This document shows, in pieces, positions 52,760 through 64,000 of a DNA stretch of 64,000 bases. The notes below the pieces were generated by a model. That model saw only the letters and a program-made list of their open reading frames with translations. It did not search any database and was not told the DNA's origin. The DNA is from Phoronis australis (lineage: Eukaryota; Animalia; Phoronida), in assembly GCA_002633005.1 (NCBI GenBank), contig NMRA01000065.1, positions 735,066 to 799,065 of the forward strand, read 5' to 3'. A program made the translations under genes and the position numbers. The stretch's first letter is position 1. Every line of letters begins with the position of its first letter.

Positions 52760-53130
52760 AACTGTCATTTCATACAGTTACATTCTTCAGCCAAAATTAG
52801 GATGCAGTTGTGACATTGATGAAAATATGATAAACCAATTACTGCAACTACCTATCCGAAATATGCAGATAAGGGTTTTCTGATCGGTAAAAAATGGGCA
52901 AATACCTATTGTGTCGCTTTGAAACATACAGTGGATTAGCCTCATTACATTGGTTACTGTGTACAGCAAATGATTTACAAAAGAAATAATAGAGACAGTT
53001 ATAAATGTTTATCCACACACGCAAGCACACGCACACAAAATTAGCTACGCAGATAAATGCACGAGTAGGTTTTCAAAAGTTACGTAAATACACTTGTTAC
53101 CAGCTAAAGTCCAAACTTTACATTTACAAT
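52760..53130 (+). repeat. Dispersed unclassified repeat, copy 3
   Basis: ttcttcag..aaaatta.ggatg..gtgacatt..acctatccgaaat and ttagctacgca blocks are shared with copies 1 and 2. Confidence 0.55.
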
Positions 53131-53974
53131 TGCAGAACAAACAAGTTCTAAAATGATTTTTAACACCCAAAATGTCTTCTTGAAAAAATAAGTTTGATAG
53201 GTTGTCGAAAGTGGAGCTCAAAAGATATAAGAGGCCAGACTATGATTACCGCCAACCATGCATGATCACGGGTCAGTGCGAGAACTGACTGGTTGTCTGG
53301 AACCCTAGCTCAACAGTTTCGCTTGACGATTCCACGATCAAGAAAAATGACAAGATGAAAACGAAGCTATGAAATTAATCTAGATTTCATAACAACACTA
53401 GATCAAAACACAGTCGAGCAGACAACCGAAAATTCCTAGTAAAATCAATGGATTGTATGCTCTAGCACGTGCAGGAGTTGGCATTCCATGTCGACAGTTC
53501 TATGATCCTACTCATACACACATGATACACAAAGTTTACATGCTACACCACCGTCTATCAAAAAGCGAGGATGGGCCAAGCAGAGTCGATAGTATCAAAC
53601 CTTTCGTGTCTTCCACTGAGTTGTCTTCACTTTGAAGGCTTTGGGATTGAAGTAGTTCACCGCGTTGTCTGCTTGAGAATAAAAAGCGGTGAAGAATGCT
53701 TTAATGATCTATAAGTGACTGGTGACGAAGTTTGCAGTGATCGTCAATATTTAAATCTCAGACCGGCTTAAGCGGCAGTATGTCCGCCTCCCATCTCAAA
53801 AATGAATTTTTGATCAGAGACCGCTTACCGTTATGACATTGATTTCAAAATTGTTCCTTTAGTCGAATGAAAGGTGATTTCGTTGATTCGAAAGTAATCA
53901 TTAAGCTGATCTGAGGTAAACAACTTAGGATAAGAAGTCGTGGAAGACACAGGGAAGCAATCTGATACACGTAG

Positions 53975-56900
53975 GCCTACAGTGTAAGTTTTACTGCGGA
54001 ACTGTAAGTGAGTGAACTTACGCAGCTCTCACGATTCGTCAGATACACTTGTGACGAGGTACTTCTGGCGAGCCTTAGTCTTGTCGCGGTCACCCTTTAG
54101 GAATACCAACTGACCAACAAAGAGTTGTACAGGGTTATGAGCGTGGCCACGGGACTTTGACATGGCATTAGGAAGATGGTTGCCAATACGGGATTGGTGT
54201 TGACCGAGGATCACCTCCCTGTCGACGATGGGCATTTGACAACCTGGGACTTGACCCTGGTGTGTCCACAATTCACGTGAACACAAAACATCACGGCGGA
54301 TCCGGGAGTTCATATTGGACGTGGCAATGGCAAGAGTTGCAGAGGACACGGGCCAACCCCTTGGAGATAAACACAGGAGTTCCACGCCCAACTCACCAAC
54401 TGCATGTTCAGCCACAGGATTCTTATTGACGTTTTTAACTTGACCAATGTCAGGGTCAATACCACGTCAAAGTAACATCAGGTCATTTTTCAAAGCAACG
54501 AATCCAGGAGCCACGTCGACTCAAACAGTTATTCCATGTTCAGTAAGAGAGCATAATGCAGAACAAAGAACAACCAGAATGTTTCGAAGTTCGTCATGAG
54601 TATCGTTTTGGATTAGAGAAGTTAACGTAACAGTCTCCCTGATAACGAAAATGAACTGCCGATGGCGTCGCATAACATCAGCTGCGAATGACAAGCCGAC
54701 AACGTCAGAGGGCGGGGAGATAGACTGGCAGGTGTGACAGGCAGAAGTGACAGTGTTAATGGCCTTATCGATGTCTGGTACAAAGAAGTAACGAGTAAAG
54801 AGACGCTTTTTTGGTACCCGGATGGATGACCAAAACGTAGGGCTATGTGAATGGCTGTGAGCAATCCATTCAGAACAGGGCGTGGTACAACGATACGTTC
54901 ACGTTGGGGTTGGAATGGCTCAGCTGACTTAACAACTAAGACGCCGTCTTTGGCGATTGAGACCGCATTGAGATAACGCCTGACATCTTTGATTTTGCTT
55001 TGCTTGCGCGAAGGACGAGCAACCTGAGATAGGTGGGCATGGCTTCCACGAAAGTCTGGGCAATCCTGTTGGGTCAACAGCCAAGCTGCTCGGCTTGTGA
55101 AGGGCATACGCATGGCTCTCTGAAGAACATCATCAATCGACAAGCTTCGAACGACTGAATCTTCCAGTTCGGCAATGAACTTACAATGAGTCTTGACAGG
55201 ATGTTGGGTTTCTGCTGGGAAAGTCGAAAGGAAGGTTTGCTGCACCAGCAATGTGGTGTAAAGAAACGCCATAACGGCTCAATGTAAATAGAAAGGTCGA
55301 TACTCGAGCACTAGTGGAGAACTCGCCTCGCATAAAATTCCCGTACGCCTGAACGCATGGACGACTATCTGTCAGGACTTGGTGGTATTAGAGGCTTGGA
55401 AGATGAATGGGGAAAATGACGAACTTCTGCACCAATACACAGAGCCTCAACTTCGCAAGGTTACCCGTTTGATGTTTACGCAGCTTCGCATTAAAGAAGC
55501 CAGCGAGGAGAAGTTTGTCCCCTCTGCGGCACCCAAGTCACGATTCTTCACAGAACCGTCAGTCATAATGAGAAGATGATCATCAGGTCTAGGCATGAAT
55601 ATCACCTTTGTGTCTTTGAGATCAGACTGGGACCTCTTAAAGAATTCCTTGAGATCGTCAGACCAGAAGATGCGTTCACGAGACTCGCGTCCAGCTACGG
55701 CAGCTTCAAGTGGGTCAAGAAGAGAGGCATAGCCAGGGAGAACACGACTTAGCATAGGAAGGAGATGTTGAGATATTCTACATGGACATTCACCTGTTCC
55801 AGCTTGGCGAAAACACCAGAGGCCTCGAGTTCGTCAAATTTTGTCTGAAGTTCAAGAAGGGACTCGCGGTTGTATTGGGGAAGTCGGCCTTTCCGTTGAG
55901 GAGGGAGAGTGGGTCCAACATTCACAACAGCCTCCATCTTCCGGCAAGCGCCATTGTACTTAGAAACGGCAGGGTTGAACACATCATCGAACTCAGCGTG
56001 TAGGGACTGGAAGGGGCCCGCATGTCGACAGAGAGGAGTAAATAAGAGTCTAGCCTGATGGAATCAGAAAATGATGGTCTAGTATGGGGGCCTGGAGGCA
56101 GGGCGCTAGTGGCGGATGTAGTAGAACCTGGGACAGGGTTGGGTAGCGACTCTGAAAGCTGTCGCACCTGGCAGATGTGTTCGACATGGTTGATTAGCAA
56201 AGGTGAATCAGTATCGTTCTTTACACGTACAGTGAGGACGACTGAGATTTCCTGTGGTCATGGCCAAGCCAGCTTAGGGTCGAGGGATTTATTAAAGGGT
56301 TATCCAACCTAGGTTTGAGCGCCCACAATGTACTGGCCAGGGAGAACGACAGAACGGTGTAGGCAACACAACAGAAAAAACTGGCTGAGTTGTGCGGTGG
56401 GTAATAACTCCTTGGGAGTTCTGACACCGTAGGGAACGACATCAGAACCAGCAATTACGATCTGGCGCATAGCGGGGCGAACAGCAATGTCATTGTAGGA
56501 CATAAAGGGATTGCCAGCAAGAATGTCAACATCAAGCTGATGAACCACCAAAGCATCCAGACGAAAATTGTGATGAAAAATGGATCTCGTCAACAACCTC
56601 AAGGGGGGTAATACCATCGGCCTGGCGGGCCATCTGCGAAGCGGGGGAAATAGTCATACCGTATAAAGATACAGTAGACTTGCACACCATGTTAGTAGTA
56701 GCACCAGTGTCTAGTGTTACTTGCACGGGATGATCCTCGAAGAAGGCTTTCAAGACAGGAGACTGCATGATAGTGACACGTCGAGCTGATTGGGTATCAA
56801 GTGACACAAAGCTACAGGAGGCGTCGGCAGCTTCAGTGGACGATTCGTCGTCGAGATCAGCATCATCGTCTTCAACCCGGCGTGATCTGGTGATGTGACG

Positions 56901-57840
56901 CTTATCGCTGTCAGGTAGGAATCTGCAATCTTCAAAGCTGTGGGAAGACGATGGTCGGCCGGCGTACTTGCAGACAATGCAAGAATAAAACTTTCTTCTG
57001 CGACCAGAAGGTGCACCAGTGCGCATCGCACGGGTGTCTTCGATAGTCCGGAGTTCCTCCAGGATTGAAGTTAGTGCGAGAGATATTTCTGTTTTAATCG
57101 GAGCCAGCGTGTTTTGCGAAGCTTAGCTCCATACTTTTATTTGACTAGAAGTGGCAAGCCAAGGTGGACCAGTCCAAGCCATAAAAATACAATGACATTT
57201 TCCAGCGTCGGGGTCAAGTGCACCTCACAATCTACGGAGAGAGGAGATTGTCGTCGAAAAAGGCAGTCAAGCGTTGACAGAGGTGCTCGAGACGCTCGAC
57301 AGGCGGATATTGCAAAGGTCTAAAAATGAGCAGCGGTAGAGGAGAAACCAAAGTGTTGCCTGACTTTTTACCAGATGTCAGACAGAGACACCGAGTTCTT
57401 GACTATCGAGTTCCGGGGGATGACGGGGTAGTAGTTGGCCACTTGTCCGAGCATGAGTTCGAGTCGAGCATTCTTTTGTACGGTGGTCAGTCGCTTGGCA
57501 GCATCGACGTCGGTGCCGTCATCAACAAGACCTCGCAACTGGTTGGCATTGGTTTTTTTGAACCACTGAGAAGTCAGAAATGGCTTAAAGGTTTTGTCTT
57601 GAGTAAGAATATATGTAGGATTCTGCCGCCAGTTCTCGTAGGTGGTGATGGTCTCCGTTTTAGTTAGAGACCACTGTTTGGGTGCGCGTGCGGCCATGTT
57701 GAATGAAGGTACCGGATCTAAAAATGTCAATTACTGACGTCCTACTCTCAAAAATAACTAAATTTTTGTGTTTGTTATTTGAAGACTACAGTTCCATTAG
57801 AGTCTTTACGGGTGGGTAAAAGCTGCAGATGCCACCACGG
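53975..57840 (-). mobile_element. Decayed Ty3/Gypsy retrotransposon internal region (gag, protease, RT remnant, RNase H, integrase)
   Basis: Gag start RAPKQWSLTKTETITTYENWRQN, protease [19 protein letters not shown], RNase H MTDGS, integrase H..FGHPS and NKNPVAEHAVGEL. Many frameshifts; LTRs not identified. Confidence 0.88.
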
Positions 57841-60489
57841 CAGTAAGTTAAATATAACAAAGTTTGCGAGTATTAATTGACGAACAAGTCCAATCGACAA
57901 AAACGGCCAAAAAACATGACAAACACAATGGCGCAATAAAAAGACGGACGCCAAAAACAGACTAGAAAGTAACAAAAACGGTCGCGATGTAGCTTACGTA
58001 ACCCCCCAAACCCATCCGAAAATGGGAAGGTGTGGGAATTGTGTCTTCAACTGAAACCTACTTGCAAAATTTCATGAAAATTCGTCATCGGAACTCGAAA
58101 GACACAGAGAAAAACACAAAAAACGAAAACTGCCACTAGGGCCACAATGGAAGTCGAATCCATACGAAAGTCGCCATAACTCGTTGTCGTGCTCATAGAA
58201 ATGCATGTACCTGCTGAATTTAACAAGGACCCTTCAAAAGGTTTAGAAGAAACAGCCGCAGTCGCAAAAATAAAACTGCCACTAGGGAGCATCACAATAG
58301 TCGGCGACGTCAGAAAATCATAGTCAGTCGTGCTCTTCAAAGAAGGAACACATCTGCCAAATTTCGATCCTAATGTGAGGCTAGTTCGTGGTAGTACAGT
58401 TGAATTACCCGATTCTTGGTTGAACGGTAGATAGTTGGCTAACAAGGTAGTATCAGCAACTTGATGGAGGGCAGCATAAAAGTAGTTGAGTTTCTATACT
58501 GACACACAAAGTTTATTAACTCTAGCTAAAATATATATAGTGAATAGAAATATGTGTGGGTTGTGAATGCAAAACAACAATAATTTTGAAAGATCCGTTG
58601 ACTTCATCCAAGTAATGAACGTGAATGAAATCTGGACAGCTGTCCGGCATCGGGGTTTCACTATAAGTAGCCACTGGTCAGTGACATAGTGAAAAAACAC
58701 AAGGATGTCCAGAATGGTTATATAGCATGGACTGTTTTGGTGGGACAGTTGTCCGTCATAGAAAATGATTAAATTTGCACTTAATTAACTTCATGGAAAT
58801 TCATGACACCTAAATTGATTAGTGGCTTATAGGGACCAGGACAGACGTCAAAACGGACACTAGGTAGCGCAGAATACTCAAATCCATCCGAAAACTGGAA
58901 AGCCCCGCCAACAATCAAGGACCTGCTGAGTAGCCATTGTGGTGTACTGATTCAGTCAAAATATTTAAAAGTTTGGGCCAATAATTCGTTTTAACGATAG
59001 AAACCAATTGATTAGGCCTACACAGCAAAGATTTTTCAGCAGTCTGTAGTGCCGTCCACACACAGACTTTACCTAGAACACGTTACTCCTGGAATGAGTT
59101 GTCGTTAGGTTTGCAGACTGTAATGCAACTTGCCCCATTTGTGACAACTTAAAGATAAGATAACGTAGCACCTAAGAAAGATGTCCAAATATGGCTAACA
59201 TTGGAGCATCATATTTCACAATTGTCTGATTGGATTCAAATGAAACCGTTCACATTGTTTTAGAATAATTTGTCAGCAGCCCCTCCTGTAGAGGTTGATG
59301 GAATCTTCGATAATTACGCGAAAAAAAAAACGTGTTGAATGAGCAGCTTACGAGTGTTGGCTATGTTTTCCCAGTAGGTGTACTCGCATTTCGGCAACGC
59401 TATTGGTTTGCATCCGAGTGGGTCACGACCTTTCACATAACCCTGTGTCATTACAAGCTATTTCTGCCTGATGATGAGACAACATTTTCGAAATATGGGT
59501 GTCATTTTCATTAGTTTTGAGTGTCTCTTGCTTTATTGTTGAGCGACGAACGACTGCCAGATGCAGAGAACTCAAGCAAATATCGTTGAAAATTGTTAAT
59601 CGTGAACACTGTTGTGTGTTCCATAACTTTTATGCCATGCTTTGTACACTGTTCTCCTACATGCTTTATAAGGAAATGTACATGTTTTAAAACGATTCAC
59701 TTTTACAAGAGATGCTACCAAAAATAGAACTTTTTTGGTTTTACCAGAAAAATAAAAAGTTGCACAAAGATATACAACGAAAAAGAAATGAAAATGTAGA
59801 AAACTGTAACAGCCTTTTTGAGATTTCATCTTAGAACATTAGTATGAAATAAAATTTGGTCACAATATTGATGCCATGGATTTGCCATGAATGTACCGTC
59901 CTTTGTTTTTGCACTCAGAGCCCCACAGTTACCGGTATGAATAAACTCCATTAACATAGTCTATCGAAACTCTGCCCTGAATTTCAGAATGTATGGACGA
60001 TGGCCCCGAAAATTCCCGGAGTCATTGAGGACATTTAGGGGTTTTCAATTATAAAGGGCGACCCATTAAGTGGTTTTCATATCTAAACAATTAGTATTTG
60101 GGTGGTTTATGATATTCTCAAATCACCATGACACATGATTATGAACTAAAAATGGTGAACACTTTGCACGTAACACTTCACAACGGCTGCAAAAACCAAG
60201 AAGCAAACCGTTCATTTGGACCAATTTTGCCCCTGCAAAATGGATCTCGTCCCCATTCAGGTGCATCCTTACGGATCCCGATTGTTCAGTCACGCCGTGA
60301 TCAACAAGCCAATTAAAAGAACCCGATCTCGGCAAAGACCTATGTTCTTCAGTGACAGCCTGAGCCCTAGTCATTTCGAGTTTGATTAAGAAACAATTTG
60401 CGATCACTAACAACGTGAGGTGAATGGTATAAATCAAAAATTGGTTTTTGTGATGAAAGGTGGATTTGCAGTAGCTTCGTTGGTACTGC

Positions 60490-60533
60490 CCAGTTAGACT
60501 GCGGCCGCGGCCAATTAGACTGCGGCCGCGGCC
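60490..60533. repeat. Two tandem 21-bp units, each containing GCGGCCGC
   Basis: cca(g/a)ttagactgcggccgcgg x2. Confidence 0.85.
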
Positions 60534-63189
60534 AAAATATTAAAATCTAGGGGTGGGCCAGGCTGGGGGGCATTTTTGAGTTAGGTATTGTATGTAGGCC
60601 AAGTGAATTTGGTTTGTTTGTATTTGTGAACATGCTGAGAATTAAAAAAGCCACTTTCTTGGCTGTAGTTGCACTCTTCTTCAAGATGATGACCCCCTGT
60701 TGCAGTTGTGCATAGCTGTGTAGCAACTGAGAAATTGGCCGCGATTTCAGGTAGCCCTCAAACAAGCCAGATTTGCAAAAAACTAGCTGGTTGAGAGTAG
60801 GTTGGATCTCATTTTTGGAATATTTAGGAAATTTGCTTTCGGAATCTAATGTTAGCTTTAGTCGAGCATCGGCAGGGAAGTAGTGGTTTTGCAGGTTTTG
60901 GGATGAAAAGTGCCGATTTTGCATTTTTTGTCCTTATTTTTCTTAGCCTAACTTGGTATCCACTGTGGAGTGAAAGGGTCAAAAATACAATAGAGAACAA
61001 AGTTTCTGTGCTCATCTGTAGGGATTGTGATGTGAAATGACTCAAAACGTTTCTTTATTTGCATGCAGTTCTTGACAGAGTGAAGAAAAGGTGAAGAGTC
61101 CATTGACGTGTTCTGATAGGCAAATCTGGTGAGAACTGTTCAGTGCCTCCTTCCGTAATTTTCAAGCACGCCACCTGGTGAATAGAGATAATGTACGAGT
61201 TGTGCAGGGTAGGCCTACTTGAATTCTGTTTTCTAAACAATGCTCAGTTTTCATTTTATGCAAATTCAAATTTTTGCATACAAATCATAAAATACTTTAA
61301 AAAATCNGGGGGGGGCCCGGGCCCCCTGGGCCCCCCCCCTAAATCCGCCTATGCACTTATCAACCAAGTGCTAATGATGACAAATTTCATTTGGCCTCAT
61401 CAAAGTGAAGGCAGAAAGTCAGTATTCATTCAATTTCACTGGTTTTCAATGAGAAATTTTGTCATTTTTTGTAAACGTACTGTAAGCACATGAATTTCGA
61501 TTTTGATTTAAAGAAAATTTCACGCAATTCGAAATTCTGTTCAAAAACAATTTGACTAACAGAAATTTATAAAAACTATGTATTTTTCAAATTTAGAATA
61601 TATAATGCTAACAATAAAATTTCGGTATTGCTCCATAAAACACATAACAAGAAAATGGAAAGAATACAAATGATTTGCACATTAGCTCCCTAAAACTTGT
61701 AAAGTAAGCTTCTTTAAATAGTCAAATATCTTATCAACATTTCAGAAATAAGTTTTGATCTGATTTGCCTTTTCTCTCATTGCTCACACTTGGGGACATA
61801 AGGTCATTTAATACCAACTTAACTCTCGTACAAGAATAGCGTGGATCTAAACTGTGAAGTTAATTGAACCTTTCACGCAAGCACTGGTAGTTAGCAAACA
61901 CAAAAGTTATCCCTGTTTAATGTATGAATCATCAAATTTATCACATGATGGCGCTCCAAAAACATTATGCAGGTGGATCTTTTCAAATAAGAAGTATCTC
62001 ATATCTGGTCGGATAACAAATGAACGGAACTGCTTATTGTGTAGAATGGTGAGTATATGAAAGCAATATCAAATAATACCACAACACATGCCATTACAAA
62101 CAGTCACACATGCCGATAATGCAGATGACAGTGCAACTAACCATTCACATAGACTCAAAGCGTCGATGATCCACTGTTTAAATCCACCAGTTTACTACGA
62201 AGTTAATTACTTGCAATGTTTAGTTCAATACAGGACCGAAGTTAACTATTCAGACTGATTGACACTCCTTAAAACAATGGTGCCTCGATGTTGGAATGAA
62301 TATCCCTATACACCCAAGTTGTCCACGAGTGCCCACTAGCACTGTGATACTGCATATGGATAGCAGTGCATGGGTTGCACTTGATTCTGAATCACTTTTC
62401 TGGTTCCACTGGGTCAACTGTCCAAGACATCGGATTGGTTCTCAATGACAACTTACAGGTGTCCTACCAGGCAAATAGAAATCAAACAAGGACTAATCAG
62501 ATCAGAATCAATTGGACAACTATGATTTTATTGCAAAGTTTTGAATCCACAGCAATGGATGATCTGTTTCCACAGTGACTTTATCGTCTCCAGCTAACTC
62601 ATTGGACGTGCTAATCAGACCACCAAACCTCATCTCCTGATCACCTAAAGAGAAAGGTGAAAATACAATATAAAGATTTGCATGCCATCCAATCAGAAGG
62701 TAGACTAGTCAAGAGTAATCTGTCCTCTTATATTGCCCACCCGCAAACCAGACAATAAATCTGCCACCTCAGAGTAGGAAGACAATGCTGTGAGCACCGG
62801 ATTGGAGAGAGTACACAGTTAATGTCATGGTAATCATATGCAAGACAGCTGACAGGACAAGTTTGTGAATGCTTACTTTAAGTAGCATACAGCACTAATT
62901 AGGTCAAGCCCAAATTGTAAACTGCAAACTGGAATCTTGTCGTTAAAGAAATGAATGACTTTTACCCAGTCCGTGATTTTATCAAGTGTTATTAGGAATA
63001 CTAACCTATTGTAATAAAAAAAAACAAAAAAGGTTCCACCCCAAAACATGAACAAAAATAATGATTTTCAAAGATGATGCCACATGGGGCTTCAAGAGGC
63101 TGATCTGTCTTCTGATCAGATGTCCTGTCTGCCTACTCACATGAAAATTCCACCATGTGAATGCAGTAGAAATTCAGCCATGGCTGATC

Positions 63190-63380
63190 TATAAATCAAG
63201 TCACGGCTGTTCTCCCCATAATGTGAGCGTACTATATCAAGTCATGGCTGTTTTCCTCACAATGTGAACGCACTGTCAGAGCTGTTCTACCCACAATGTG
63301 AACACACAATAAATCAAGTCACGGCTGTTCTCCCCATAATGTGAACGCAGTATAAATCCAGGCATGACTTCTCTCCACAA
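63190..63380 (+). repeat. About 43-bp imperfect minisatellite
   Basis: ataaatcaagtcacggctgttctccccataatgtg recurs about 4-5 times with variation. Confidence 0.75.
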
Positions 63381-64000
63381 AAGGGCAGGCACTCAAGTAG
63401 AATAATATAATTGCTATAATTATACTAATAGTGAATTTTCTCAACAAAAGTATGAAATATTTGTATTGTGCGGTTGCTATAGTGATAACATCACATGAAA
63501 TTCTGATTATTTGCATTATGGTAATATCTCACATAAGACACAATATAGTAGACAAGTAAAACTTCAATTATTATTTTTTCATAAAACAGAAAAGGTAAAA
63601 TTTCATAAATTTACGACACAATATGGCTGACAAGTGAAATCTTATTGCATCGTTTTTTCATGAAACGTATGTAATACCAGCTTGAGTTATGATTTTCCTT
63701 ATGTAAGTTTTGTACAACAGTTATACCATCAAAGTTTTGAAACATTCTAGGTATTCACAACAATGTTAGAACCCCTTGAAAACAGAAAAAGGGCAGTTTT
63801 TGACAATTAGTTTAGTCCAAATTTTGCAAGATTTTACCAGAGGTGTTTTACCATTGTCAGGTTGCGTACCATAACCACCGCAACACATTATTTCCAACAA
63901 ATGTGAACGTTCATAACAGTTATTGAAAATTGAAAAAGGACAACTTTGGCAATTTCTTAACTCTAGACTAATCAGATTTCAATGTCAGAATTCTCATTAA

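Noticed and set aside
58462-58758. Candidate LTR for the second Gypsy element
   Set aside because: No partner LTR, no TSD and no adjacent PBS.
62280-62650. Exon-like minus-strand segments
   Set aside because: They could not be joined into an ORF or assigned to a family.
63835-63930. piggyBac-like peptide FNNCYERSHLLE..GYGT
   Set aside because: Too short and degenerate, and at the window edge.

Overview
Repeat-rich, AT-rich, intron-containing animal genomic DNA, most likely a marine invertebrate such as a lophotrochozoan (inferred from gene and transposon style). Assembly gaps lie at 18664-19229 and 25628-25828. Host genes: a 4-exon apolipoprotein D/lipocalin (-), a multi-exon divergent F-BAR-like gene with an acidic tyrosine-rich tail (-), a 2-coding-exon Toll-like receptor (+), and a decayed C2H2 zinc-finger gene. 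The rest is mostly mobile DNA. The most notable element is a young LTR retroelement (43998-48171, 4-bp TSD, tRNA-His-like PBS, leader splice donor) that carries gag and a baculovirus-F/errantivirus-type env but no pol. Also present: a decayed Ty3/Gypsy element missing its RT core, a Penelope GIY-YIG fragment with a hammerhead-like motif, two THAP-type DNA transposon relics, and a five-layer nest (SINE in L1 in satellite array in TIR transposon in minisatellite). All calls come from manual reading; no database searches were run.
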